Under the pieces are notes generated by a model that saw nothing but the letters and a program-made list of their open reading frames with translations, ran no database searches and was not told where the DNA came from. 64,000 nt of DNA from Candidatus Undinarchaeota archaeon (GTDB lineage: Archaea > Undinarchaeota > Undinarchaeia > Undinarchaeales > UBA543), in NCBI GenBank assembly GCA_964636545.1, contig CAZWSR010000003.1, positions 6,947 through 70,946 on the forward strand. Reading direction: 5' to 3'. Position numbers and translations under genes: made by a program. Positions 1-9,991 of this stretch are shown one piece after another; the stretch's first letter is position 1, and each line of letters begins with the position of its first letter.

Positions 1-3000
1 GCCAACAAAACCGCCAACAAGCAGTATGATGACAAAGATAGATACAATACCAAGTGAAAGGCTACTGAGCCATTTACCAATTCTTCCAGGAGGCTTGTCA
101 ACAGCAGCTACTGCAGATTTGATTTTCTCAAGTAGTTCCATTGCCTCATTGTAGTACTGCTCAGATTCAGTGTAATCGCCAGAATTGTATTTCTCTATTG
201 CGTTCTTGATAGCTGCTGAGAATGCTTCCAAATCAGTCTTCATTTCGTCAGTTGCAATTCCTTTAGCTGTAAGAACCTTGACATCTGCTGTAGCATCAGA
301 CAAGTCAGCTTTTATGTCTTCAATGTTAGTGTTAAGCTCGGCAATCTTTGCAGTATCCCAAACCTTTGTAACTTTGAAGGTGACCTTTTTCTCTGCAATT
401 GACAGACCATCTTTGTCTTTTGCTTTAAGCGTGATGGTGTATGATTTTGGTTCTGCGTCAGCAGGTGGGTTGAAAGTTAAATCAAATGTTACAGATTCGC
501 CAGGAGTAAGATCTTCTGTAGCCAAACCAGTTGTTGAAACTTTTAAAGTGTACCAAGAACTTGGGATTCCAATAACTTCAAGCTTGACACCTTCTAGTGT
601 CTTCTTTCCATTATTCTTTATTGTAAAGCTTGTTTTAGCAGTTCTTCCCTGAATAACACTGACCTGACTGTCATAACTTGTTACAGCCATTGAATAGTCT
701 GCACCACTACCGCCACTTCCACCAGTGACACCACTACCGCCAGCATCATCATCACTCCCACTTGATGAAATATCAAGTGAGAATGTGTTTGAGAATGCAC
801 TACCATTGTGGTCTTCACAAGTGATATTCACAACATATGCATCAGGAGCAGTTGGAGTTGTACCAGCGAAAGAGAATGTCCCATTTACATCAGTAGCTAT
901 TGTAGCGTGATAGAACTGGGTACTTTCAGAGCCAACGCTGTTAGTAACATTAACTGTGAAATCCTGCTCAATGTGTGTTAGGTTAAACAAGTAAGAACAA
1001 TTTCCATTTATTGTATAAGATAATCCACTGTTGAGTGTACTACCATTCAAGTTAAGGAAACGCTCATTGGAATTAGTTCCAACACTTGTGAGCTCTGGGC
1101 GCAATCCAAAGTTCTCAGTTATGTTTAGACCTCTGGAAATAACAAGACTAGTATTAGTGTTGTTGGTCTCAAACAAAGTATGGTTTATAGTCAATGCATA
1201 TGTTCCAGCAGGAGCATTGATTATAAACTCACCTTCAGCATTTGAAGTTGAAGAGTAATCAACACCACCGCTTGTGAGTTTTATTGTTGCATTTGGAATT
1301 CTACTATAGTTTGCAGCAGCAGCATAACCAGTCAAGTTTCCAGTAATAGAACCATAATTACTGATCCCAAGTAATCCAAGAGCAGTTACATTAACACTTG
1401 AAGATCCCCAGCTACCCGCAGCTACTTGTTTGGTTAACATCCAATCAAGAGCGTATTTGACAGAACCAGCATATCGATCAGCTGTGGTATCCGAATTTCT
1501 GTCAACATCAACAGTCCATGTAGTTGCTCCAGCTGCCTGTAAGGCCATTACAGTGAGCGCTGTTTCAAAGATATTAATATCAGAACCGAAATGTCCGGAA
1601 ATGTTCTGCTGATCCTTGAGCCAAGTTGTTCCATTTGTTGTGTTTTGAGTTGTATCTCCTGCTGTTGCAAGGGCAAAGATAGCCCATGCAGTATCATTAA
1701 TGTTGTCATTCCAGGAACCATCATTACTCTGGTTTGATTTGAGCCATGCAGTTGCATTTGTAGTTAAAGTTGAGTTATAGCTTGTTGATTTGAGCAAAGC
1801 CGCTAATACAATTGAAGTGTTCTGTGCATCGCAAGGTCGACCAGTAGATGACATGTTTGGCCAGCAAAGTTCAGATTCACTCTGATTGCTTTGGTTCTCA
1901 AGATAACCAACAGTTGAGGATAGGTCAATAAAATTATTAAGCTGGCTTGGAGTTTCAGAGTAACCATTTTCTCTCATTGCCATTAGAACAAGCGCAGTTG
2001 TTATATTACCGTCCCTACCACCATCGTCAAGCCAGAAGTAATTATCAGTTCCAAGCTCCCTTGTTTGGTTAAGCCATAAGGTTGTGTTGTTGATAATAAC
2101 TGATTGTGTGCTGGTTGATGTGTTGGATAAGTGTGTTAAATTGTATGCCCACAATGCCAATGCAGTGTCATAAGTTGAGTTTGAACCAAAGAATCCCATA
2201 CTGATGCTGTGGTTTAATCCAAGCCAGACAGATGCTTTCTGAGAGGATCGTCCATAGTCAGCACCATCTGAACTGGTTGTGTTGTTGATGTGCATGAAAA
2301 CATGGAACCAAGCAATGGTTTGGATTCCACCTCTACCTCCTGAAACTGCAGTGATGTTGAAAGTATAGTTGAATCCAGGTTGAGCTGTGTCAGGAACATT
2401 TATTCTAGCAACGACTGTTTGGTTTGTTTCATTTGTTAGATTAAATGAAGAGTTAGAGAAGCTGATTGTCCAGCCAAGACTAGATGCATTAGATGACATA
2501 TTTATAACATCCCAGTTTTCAGTAAAAGCACCATTTCCTGTGTTGTTGACAACAATTGACACATTTGCAAATGAGCCAGCAGTTGCATTAAGATTGTAGG
2601 ACGTGTTTGTCATGGACACGTTGTTGTAATAGTCGAACACACTACGGTTTATACAATTAAGTTCATCAAAAAGAGTGTCCATAGCATATGTGAAATTACT
2701 TGTGTTACTGGACCAGTTACCTTTAGAAGATGTCACATTAATTGTATAAGGTGTGTAATTCATCAATAGCGATCTTTCTATGCTTGTGAGGTTACCTTGG
2801 ACAACATATTCTGTGAAGAAGGTTGTTGCAGTTGTTCCGTTTGTTGTTGTCAAAGACAAGTTCTCAAAACCAGAACCAGCTGAGGACGTCATCTTGACAG
2901 TTGCATCAGTCAAATTATTGACATGTTCTGCTATACCCTCAGTGTTGTTGATGAGGAATCGGACAGGCCAACTAACAGTTATGTTTGTTCCATTAGTTCC

Positions 3001-3762
3001 AGCAGTTACATTTGCAACAGTGGTGTTGTTGACAGTGATGTTTTGTTGCCAAGACAAAATGTTGTAGGTGTTGGTTGTGGATGAGATGTTGCTGTTTACA
3101 AGAGTTATTGGAGTTTGGTTTATCAACAGACCATTTAAGTTATTGAAGAAATATGTGTCTGAAATGTTGATTGTTCCATTACTTGCATTCAAAGCAAAAC
3201 CAAGTGAGTGCTTGACAGTTGTGTTGTTCATCCAAACAGTACCATTGGATTGGAAACCTGCTTCTGTACCATTTGCGAAATATTCAATATAAGAACCATT
3301 CAAGTAGATTGTTGCATCTTCTCCAACACGGAGATTGTATCCAGCATTGGTGTTATTGGTTGTGACATTTGAACCGTTTGTTACACTGAAAATTGAAGAG
3401 TTTCGGAGAAGGATATCGGTTTTGTTATTAGCAGTACTGTTCATTGTCAGGTTAGTATTGTCAAGAATGATGGTACCATTGATTGTTATGTTTCCTTCAA
3501 CAAAAATTGTAACATTAATGAAGGACACAGAAACTGTGCTGTTGTCAGAAGTTATGCTCCCAGCAACATAGGGATGAAAATTGTAACAGAGCAAACTCTG
3601 ATTCAGTGCCCAATTTCCAGTCCGGTTAGTGTAATTCTCAATTGAATTACCGCTAGTATCAGTACAACCTTCAAATGCACTTGCTGAACTTGCAACAAGC
3701 AAAAAGGCAAAAATCGCAATTATAGCGATAGTAATATAACCATTAGATTTTTTATACGCCAT
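1..3762 (-). CDS. Large secreted, membrane-anchored surface glycoprotein (>1254 aa, 3' end runs off the window) with a prenyltransferase/squalene-cyclase-like alpha-toroid, Ig/CARDB-like domains, a helical bundle and a C-terminal TM helix
   Basis: Hand-translated open frame from ATG at 3762 (MAYKKSNGYITIAIIAIFAFLLVASSASA signal peptide) to the window edge. Contains QW-like repeats WLKSNQSNDGSW, WLKDQQNISGHF and WMLTKQVAAGSW, dense N-x-S/T sequons, and ends in ...GIVSIFVIILLVGGFVG. Absent from the ORF track, presumably because its stop lies outside the window. Confidence 0.85.
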   Translation of the reverse strand, partial: MAYKKSNGYITIAIIAIFAFLLVASSASAFEGCTDTSGNSIENYTNRTGNWALNQSLLCYNFHPYVAGSITSDNSTVSVSFINVTIFVEGNITINGTIILDNTNLTMNSTANNKTDILLRNSSIFSVTNGSNVTTNNTNAGYNLRVGEDATIYLNGSYIEYFANGTEAGFQSNGTVWMNNTTVKHSLGFALNASNGTINISDTYFFNNLNGLLINQTPITLVNSNISSTTNTYNILSWQQNITVNNTTVANVTAGTNGTNITVSWPVRFLINNTEGIAEHVNNLTDATVKMTSSAGSGFENLSLTTTNGTTATTFFTEYVVQGNLTSIERSLLMNYTPYTINVTSSKGNWSSNTSNFTYAMDTLFDELNCINRSVFDYYNNVSMTNTSYNLNATAGSFANVSIVVNNTGNGAFTENWDVINMSSNASSLGWTISFSNSSFNLTNETNQTVVARINVPDTAQPGFNYTFNITAVSGGRGGIQTIAWFHVFMHINNTTSSDGADYGRSSQKASVWLGLNHSISMGFFGSNSTYDTALALWAYNLTHLSNTSTSTQSVIINNTTLWLNQTRELGTDNYFWLDDGGRDGNITTALVLMAMRENGYSETPSQLNNFIDLSSTVGYLENQSNQSESELCWPNMSSTGRPCDAQNTSIVLAALLKSTSYNSTLTTNATAWLKSNQSNDGSWNDNINDTAWAIFALATAGDTTQNTTNGTTWLKDQQNISGHFGSDINIFETALTVMALQAAGATTWTVDVDRNSDTTADRYAGSVKYALDWMLTKQVAAGSWGSSSVNVTALGLLGISNYGSITGNLTGYAAAANYSRIPNATIKLTSGGVDYSSTSNAEGEFIINAPAGTYALTINHTLFETNNTNTSLVISRGLNITENFGLRPELTSVGTNSNERFLNLNGSTLNSGLSYTINGNCSYLFNLTHIEQDFTVNVTNSVGSESTQFYHATIATDVNGTFSFAGTTPTAPDAYVVNITCEDHNGSAFSNTFSLDISSSGSDDDAGGSGVTGGSGGSGADYSMAVTSYDSQVSVIQGRTAKTSFTIKNNGKKTLEGVKLEVIGIPSSWYTLKVSTTGLATEDLTPGESVTFDLTFNPPADAEPKSYTITLKAKDKDGLSIAEKKVTFKVTKVWDTAKIAELNTNIEDIKADLSDATADVKVLTAKGIATDEMKTDLEAFSAAIKNAIEKYNSGDYTESEQYYNEAMELLEKIKSAVAAVDKPPGRIGKWLSSLSLGIVSIFVIILLVGGFVG

Positions 3763-3835
3763 TCAATTAACCCCACAAAGTAAAATCTCCTTATCAAAAG
3801 GGACTTATAAATGCTTCTATAGAAGTGAAATTTAG

Positions 3836-6800
3836 CTATTTTTTAGGAGATTTTGAGATTTTCTGACTTTTGAAGTAAACTCCAGCAATAACACCAATAA
3901 TCAAGAGACTGATAAGCACCACTTTCCAGCTTTTTGCGAATGCGAACTGGACAAAACCAAGTACCATGTTCTTAGATCGAGCATTCAAGAGTGTGGTTGC
4001 TTGAGTTATGTAAGACTGTGCTTCTTCGTAAAGCGCACGAGTTGCTTCAGCATCGCCCTGGCCAGCAGCCACCATTGCTTGTTGAATAAGAGTATCTGCT
4101 TGTTGAAGTAGTTGAGCTACTTCTTTGTTTTTCCTGCTGTTCTTGGCTTCTAATTTAACACCATCAAGCTCTTCAGCAAGAAGTTGGACGTCTTGTTTAA
4201 GTCCATCAACAAGGAGTTGATTAATATCTTCTTCAGGTTCTTCTTGTTCTTCTTCAACTTCATCCTCAAGATTTTGGTTCTGGTTTGGAGTGAATCCTCC
4301 GCCACCTCCACCTCCGCCACCCCAGCCGTTATCTTCTTCTTCCTCAACTGGGAGGGGGCTTGCGAAAAGAGCATATTCACTGAAACCAGTTAGATTTATT
4401 TGGATATGGTTATTTTCTGTGTCAAGAACTGTGTTGTCAGAATCAGAAACAAGCACCCAAGTTGTTCCAACAAGTTTGTAAACTTGGAGTGTTGACTCGT
4501 CAAGAGTTCCAGCAACATTGTTTTGGTTGTAATAGAAATCAACAATTGCATAAGACAATGAGCTGTTGATATTGTTGTCAGGAATTATTTCATAGAATCT
4601 GGAAACATTTAGTTTATCAGCTGGACCGGTTGTCAAATTAGGGTCAGAAGTGTATACTCTGGCTGAGGAAACTGCGTTATTTTTTGTCTGATTAAGTGTG
4701 ACAGTTAATTTGATTTCGTCAGAAGCAAGAACAAGTATTGGAACATTTGCAGTTATTGTTGGAGTTGTGTTTGTATAGATTTTTTCAGCAATTTCAAATG
4801 TGCCTGCAGTTGAATTTGAGTTTTGAGCATTGTCAAAAACAGTGATTGAGTAATTGTAAAGTTTTGTTGGGTAATCTGTGCTGTCGAAAGTATAATAGTA
4901 ACCATTTGCAGACCCTTGAGTCATATTTTGTTTGGTTCCACTAATGTTTAATTCAATATAATCAATAGCATGTCTGTCAGTAGCTGAAACTGTGAAGTTG
5001 ATTGTCTCTGTGCGGTTTATTAGAAGACCTGAAGTTGTGTCAGTGATATTTGGATTCTCTAAATCAACTGTGAAAACATAATTGTCAGCACCTGAGACAT
5101 TGTTTTGAGTAGTGTCATTAACTTGGCAGTTCCAAATATAATTTCCATCTGGAATGTTTGTGACATTTTGCAGAATAATTGTGCTGGATGTGCCATTGGT
5201 GATATTGGAAACATTTGAAGCCAATGCCCCAGAGATATTTGTGAACAAGGTCACTGTACTTATGTTATAATCATCTGTTGCAAGGCATGTGAAACTAAAG
5301 TTTGTCTGAGATGTGTTAAGGAAATTTGCAGGGGAATTTAATGTAACTTCAGGAGGTGTTGTGTCAGTTGGAGTTCTTGTTGTGTTGTTTACCCAAGTGA
5401 AATTGGCAGTTCCACGATTATCAACAGTTCGCAATCCAATTTCATAAGTAGTGTTGATGCTAGCGGTTGTGAAATTGTAGAATTCACCTGAAACATTTGC
5501 ATATAATGAATCATTTATCCAAACTTCAGTGTGGTTGAAATCAACATCGCCTGGGTTTGTCCAATTCCAGTAAATCCAAGTATAGTTCATTGAAACATTT
5601 GTTAGATTTCCAATTGTAGCAGGTGGCAGGTCAACAACTAAAGTGTAATTATTAGTTGCGAAAGTTGTTTCATTGATGCTGTCGTTTGCAAAACAATTCC
5701 AAGAGTATGAGCCAGATGGAATGTTAGCAATTGTCCAGTTTGTCCAGTTCCAAGAACCACCAGGATTGAAGTTTCTGGTTTGGTTTTCATGCCAGGTTCC
5801 AGAGATATTGTGGTAAAGATTAACGTCAGTGATGTTGTAGCTTGTGGTTGCTGAGCAATTGAAAGTTACATTTCCAGTTGTTGAAACATTGTTGTCAGCT
5901 GGCTCATGAATGTCGGAAGTTAAGGTTGCCATGTCTTGAGAACTGATAAGAGAATAGAGTTCTGTTGTTGTTGGGATAGTTGTTCCATTAACAACCAAAG
6001 TCCAGATACCTTCGGCAGGGTCAATGATATTGATTTGTTCTACAACGTTTAGAGAATCAGTTAAGTTTTGGCGAGCTGGAACAGAGGCGTTGGTTGGTGA
6101 TAATGTCCAAGGATAATATTGAGTCCCATTTGGTGCAAATACAATAAGGTCAAGATTATTAACAAGTTCAGTGGCAGCTTCTGCAACTCCTGGATAGTCG
6201 TCCCAAGCAAGAGTGAACTTGAGATTCTCGTTAGTGTTATTTACAAAGAAAGTGTAGGTGTCGTTTTGTGAGTTAGTGACATTGTCTTGGATTATCAACA
6301 AGTTAGTTGAAGTATCATTTGTTACAAAATCAATAGCTTCAGTTGCATTAACTAATCCATATCCAGTTTTGAAATCAGGACCAGTTTCTTCAACATCCAT
6401 TGCAGTGTGAGTAAGTAATGCTTTGAAAGTTGCAGGCCTGACAGAGTTAACATGGGTTGCAGACCATTTTTGCTGGATAAGTGCAATTACACCAGAAACA
6501 GTAGGAGCTGACATTGAAGTTCCGGATTTTTTGCAGTAGGTGTCAGACAAACAAGTTGAATTTAATAATGAACCAATTGCAACAACATCTGGTTTAAGAC
6601 GGCCGTCATCTGTTGGACCCCAACTGCTGTAAGATGACATTGACAAATCCTTATCAAGAGCACCAACAGTTATTGGATTTTTAGCAGTTGCAACAGGCCC
6701 AGTTGTTGTGTTGTAAGTGTGAGATCCTTGATTAACATACCCACAGTAATAACGTTGACCATCAAAAGAAGAAGATCGTTCATTTCCAGCAGAAGCAACA

Positions 6801-7885
6801 ACAGTTAGTGGAGAATCAATATATTCTGCAGTGCCGTCAACAAGATGATCAAATGCAATTGAAAATGAATCGTATTGACCCATTTGAGAGCAATCACCAT
6901 GCACATTATATCCCCAAGAATTTTGAGAAAGCATTGCCCCATAAACTGCAACTGACTCATTTGACTCAAGATATAATTCATTTGTAGTGCCAGGCCACTC
7001 ATAACTGATTAAAGTTGCCTGTGGAGCCATACCTTTCTGCTCTTCAACAGCACCGCCAAGTGATTGACTGAGTGTGCCGTTACCCATCATGGTTCCTGCA
7101 ACATGAGTTGAGTGAGAATGTGGAGAACCGTCATTTGGATCAGCGATTGTAACGCGACCATCAAGATCAGAGTGAACAGCGTGGCCAGCATCCCATTCAG
7201 CTAAGACCACACCACTACCATTCATATAATTATAAGATACGCTTTGAAGGAAATTAACACCGATTCCAGCTCTGCTATCAACATTGTTTGCAAGTAAAGG
7301 AAGGGGCGCATGTTCTACCCATTCTACAATATCTTCAGAAGCAAGACCACTGACCTGATTTTCCTGAACTTCAGCAAGCCAAACATTTCCAACAACTGGC
7401 TCAGAAACAACAGAACCGTAACTTTCAACTATTGTGCGAGCTTCACTTGTTGAAACATCTGGGAAAAAGACAATTGAAATTTCTTGAGTTTGTTCTGATT
7501 CACTAATTTCAATTGTATCAGCAATTTTGTCAGATGAGGAAAGGTCGCCACTAAATGTTAGCCCGTGATTGCCAAGATAGGATTCTCCAGAAGGAGTTAT
7601 GCGGGCAAACCAGGCATTATCTGGAATATAATTAAGAAGATGAACTCCGTTTTGTGCAAATTCTGCTTTTTCAGCATCGGTTGGGATGTGGTCAAGCTGA
7701 ATGATTTTACGGGTTGGGGAATTGCCCTGATCAGCGCCGTTTGCAGCAAATTGTTGAATATTTGTTGGGGTGATTGATCTTGATTTTAGGTGAATTGTCT
7801 TCCCATTTGGATTAATACCGGGCCCAATACTGCAGATTAGTAAAATGAGTAGGAACAATGCAATAAGAGGAGGGAGTTTCTTCAT
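3836..7885 (-). CDS. Membrane-anchored S8 (subtilisin-like) serine protease with Ig-like repeats, a PGF-pre-PGF-like domain and a C-terminal TM helix
   Basis: Signal peptide; catalytic triad motifs LAEWDAG, HSTHVAGT and GTSMSAPTV; C-terminal hydrophobic helix followed by a Lys-rich tail. Confidence 0.92.
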   Translation of the reverse strand: MKKLPPLIALFLLILLICSIGPGINPNGKTIHLKSRSITPTNIQQFAANGADQGNSPTRKIIQLDHIPTDAEKAEFAQNGVHLLNYIPDNAWFARITPSGESYLGNHGLTFSGDLSSSDKIADTIEISESEQTQEISIVFFPDVSTSEARTIVESYGSVVSEPVVGNVWLAEVQENQVSGLASEDIVEWVEHAPLPLLANNVDSRAGIGVNFLQSVSYNYMNGSGVVLAEWDAGHAVHSDLDGRVTIADPNDGSPHSHSTHVAGTMMGNGTLSQSLGGAVEEQKGMAPQATLISYEWPGTTNELYLESNESVAVYGAMLSQNSWGYNVHGDCSQMGQYDSFSIAFDHLVDGTAEYIDSPLTVVASAGNERSSSFDGQRYYCGYVNQGSHTYNTTTGPVATAKNPITVGALDKDLSMSSYSSWGPTDDGRLKPDVVAIGSLLNSTCLSDTYCKKSGTSMSAPTVSGVIALIQQKWSATHVNSVRPATFKALLTHTAMDVEETGPDFKTGYGLVNATEAIDFVTNDTSTNLLIIQDNVTNSQNDTYTFFVNNTNENLKFTLAWDDYPGVAEAATELVNNLDLIVFAPNGTQYYPWTLSPTNASVPARQNLTDSLNVVEQINIIDPAEGIWTLVVNGTTIPTTTELYSLISSQDMATLTSDIHEPADNNVSTTGNVTFNCSATTSYNITDVNLYHNISGTWHENQTRNFNPGGSWNWTNWTIANIPSGSYSWNCFANDSINETTFATNNYTLVVDLPPATIGNLTNVSMNYTWIYWNWTNPGDVDFNHTEVWINDSLYANVSGEFYNFTTASINTTYEIGLRTVDNRGTANFTWVNNTTRTPTDTTPPEVTLNSPANFLNTSQTNFSFTCLATDDYNISTVTLFTNISGALASNVSNITNGTSSTIILQNVTNIPDGNYIWNCQVNDTTQNNVSGADNYVFTVDLENPNITDTTSGLLINRTETINFTVSATDRHAIDYIELNISGTKQNMTQGSANGYYYTFDSTDYPTKLYNYSITVFDNAQNSNSTAGTFEIAEKIYTNTTPTITANVPILVLASDEIKLTVTLNQTKNNAVSSARVYTSDPNLTTGPADKLNVSRFYEIIPDNNINSSLSYAIVDFYYNQNNVAGTLDESTLQVYKLVGTTWVLVSDSDNTVLDTENNHIQINLTGFSEYALFASPLPVEEEEDNGWGGGGGGGGGFTPNQNQNLEDEVEEEQEEPEEDINQLLVDGLKQDVQLLAEELDGVKLEAKNSRKNKEVAQLLQQADTLIQQAMVAAGQGDAEATRALYEEAQSYITQATTLLNARSKNMVLGFVQFAFAKSWKVVLISLLIIGVIAGVYFKSQKISKSPKK

Positions 7886-7969
7886 TGCAAATAAGGTGGG
7901 CGCGGAGGTATATAAGATTTTGTTGAAGCTAACTCAACCTATTTAAATAAGGAAAAACTAATCCCGAAT

Positions 7970-8596
7970 ATGTTCTGGAATATTGATTGGGGCGACATAT
8001 CACGAAACCACAAGATTATTGGATTTACTGGATTAGGATTGTTGTTATTTTATTTTGTATTATCAATTTTCTGGGGCGGTTTTAGGGGGATATTTTTCAG
8101 GGGCTTGTTTATGTTTGTGAGTTTCATTGTAAAACCTAGTATGATAATAGTGCTTGTCCCAATTTACATTAACTGGATAACAAGTGACTTTTTTCAGGAG
8201 CGAAAAGGCACAAGCTTTGTGAATGCATTAACAAACGGAGTTGCTGGGTCTTGGATTTGTGTTGAGTGGATACGTATGTCAGTGAAAGTAAATAGTGCTG
8301 ACCCAAACTTTTTATTGCTGATTGGAAAAATAATGCTGAGCTTGCTGGTTTTGCTTTATGCGGCGTTGGTTATTAAGGATGCTTGGAAAGGAGAAGGAGT
8401 TGTTAGATTTATTGGAAGAGCAAGAGAAATGGGATATATTTCAATAATGATGACGCCAATAATTTACAATGCAGTTCCACTTAGTTTTAGCACATTAGTG
8501 GCAGTGATTTTGATGTTCCCTGTTTTCTATGGAGTTATTGACTTTTTGGAGTTTGCAGTTATACCAACTCCGAAGTTTATGAAGAAGAAATTGTAA
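7970..8596 (+). CDS. Multi-pass membrane protein, function unknown
   Basis: 208 aa ORF with about 5-6 hydrophobic segments, ATG start and a TTTAAATA box upstream. Confidence 0.75.
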   Translation: MFWNIDWGDISRNHKIIGFTGLGLLLFYFVLSIFWGGFRGIFFRGLFMFVSFIVKPSMIIVLVPIYINWITSDFFQERKGTSFVNALTNGVAGSWICVEWIRMSVKVNSADPNFLLLIGKIMLSLLVLLYAALVIKDAWKGEGVVRFIGRAREMGYISIMMTPIIYNAVPLSFSTLVAVILMFPVFYGVIDFLEFAVIPTPKFMKKKL

Positions 8597-9991
8597 TTAC
8601 TTTACGAATGAGTTAAATGACATAACGTACTTATCGATGAAATTCTCATATGCTGTTGGTGGGGCTGTGAATTGATATTGAATGTTGTGTACACCTGGCG
8701 CAACATCAACAATTGCTGGAAAAATCGAGCGAATGCAAGTAGTTAGTGTAGGTAGATATAGATTTAGGAGTGCTGCTTGAACTTTTTTATTACATACAGA
8801 TATTGCTTTTTCCCAACTCTCCCAACAGATAACAGCTTCCCTTGAAATAGTTGCAACCTCTGCTTTCAAGAATTTGTCCTTGAACATTACTGCAAACCAA
8901 GTTGGAATGTGGGTGCCAGGATTGGTTGTTAGAAGATAAAACTGCATTGCAGGGTTTGCCTTTGCTAATTTATTGTTGTGAACATATTTAGTCTGTAAGT
9001 CATTAGCGTGTCCAATTTGATTATGTAAGTGGTGAGCAAGACGTTCCTTACTAATTTCACGGGGGGCAATTTCAGTTAGTGATTTTTCAACCATAACATC
9101 ATTTACTAAATTAGCTACAATATCAAGGACATCAACATCTTTGAGGTCCTTTACTTTTGAAGCTTTTTTCAATTGTTTTTTAGCTTCGACATTATGGTTA
9201 TTCATTGCAAAAAAGGAGGCTTTGACTTGGTCAAGATGATGGAAAACTTCATGGAAAATTGAAGTATAAAAATTAGCTCCAGCATTTGCGTTTTTCTCAA
9301 ATCTATCCTGTTTTAGATACACAATTAAATTCTCATCATCATTATTATCCACTTCTGTTGCAAAATTTGGATAATTATTGTCGTGGAGGATTATGAAAAT
9401 CTGCTTACTGGAAATTGTTGGATACTTTTCAAGTAAAAAAGCAACTGGAGCAAGAACTTGAGTTGCAAAATATTTGCGATGAGTGTCCAGAAACGCGACT
9501 TTGTCAGTTGGAGAACTGCTGAACTGCATAGCGATTTTAACTGGTTTGGAATCTTTTTCTTTTGAGACATTTGCAGTGTATGCAAGTAGGGCTTTCTTAT
9601 TATCAGAAAAGGTTATCTCGGTGTTTGCTGCTGCCTTTTTCATCATATCTTCGGTTTTATAAGTAGAAATAAGCTTGAGTAATCCTTTTGGAGGTTCTAC
9701 TTTTTCATATTTTTTATAATCGCGAGGTTTGAATTGTGGTTCTGCAGATTCAGTTTTTGTTTTTTCAATACTTTTCTGAACATCTGCTGGATCAAGTGCC
9801 TTGAAACTTCCTTTTGTTGGAACAGGATATGATTTGGTTTTGCTTACCTTGAATGCGTTTTCTGATCCTTTTCCCCAGCCACCTTTGCCAAGTTTAGGAT
9901 GTTTTTTTCTGTATTTTCGCCAGATTATAATAATTATAATTAGAACAACGAGAATTCCACCACCGCCACCATACATCATTATTGGTTCCAT
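8597..9991 (-). CDS. N-terminally membrane-anchored protein with an HExxH zinc-metallopeptidase-like motif
   Basis: TM ILVVLIIIIIIW followed by RKYRKK; motif SIFHEVFHHLD; abuts the ychF stop. Confidence 0.7.
   Translation of the reverse strand: MEPIMMYGGGGGILVVLIIIIIIWRKYRKKHPKLGKGGWGKGSENAFKVSKTKSYPVPTKGSFKALDPADVQKSIEKTKTESAEPQFKPRDYKKYEKVEPPKGLLKLISTYKTEDMMKKAAANTEITFSDNKKALLAYTANVSKEKDSKPVKIAMQFSSSPTDKVAFLDTHRKYFATQVLAPVAFLLEKYPTISSKQIFIILHDNNYPNFATEVDNNDDENLIVYLKQDRFEKNANAGANFYTSIFHEVFHHLDQVKASFFAMNNHNVEAKKQLKKASKVKDLKDVDVLDIVANLVNDVMVEKSLTEIAPREISKERLAHHLHNQIGHANDLQTKYVHNNKLAKANPAMQFYLLTTNPGTHIPTWFAVMFKDKFLKAEVATISREAVICWESWEKAISVCNKKVQAALLNLYLPTLTTCIRSIFPAIVDVAPGVHNIQYQFTAPPTAYENFIDKYVMSFNSFVK

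Noticed and set aside
1500-2300. Active squalene-hopene cyclase or thioester (alpha-2-macroglobulin) protein
   Set aside because: The DxDD motif is degenerate, no GCGEQ was seen, and the protein is secreted and TM-anchored.
185-3571. Plus-strand ORFs of 60-155 aa in the ORF track
   Set aside because: They are antisense shadows of the long minus-strand glycoprotein gene (1-3762).
4293-4322. (CCN)n trinucleotide run as a repeat element
   Set aside because: It simply encodes the poly-Gly linker of the S8 protease.
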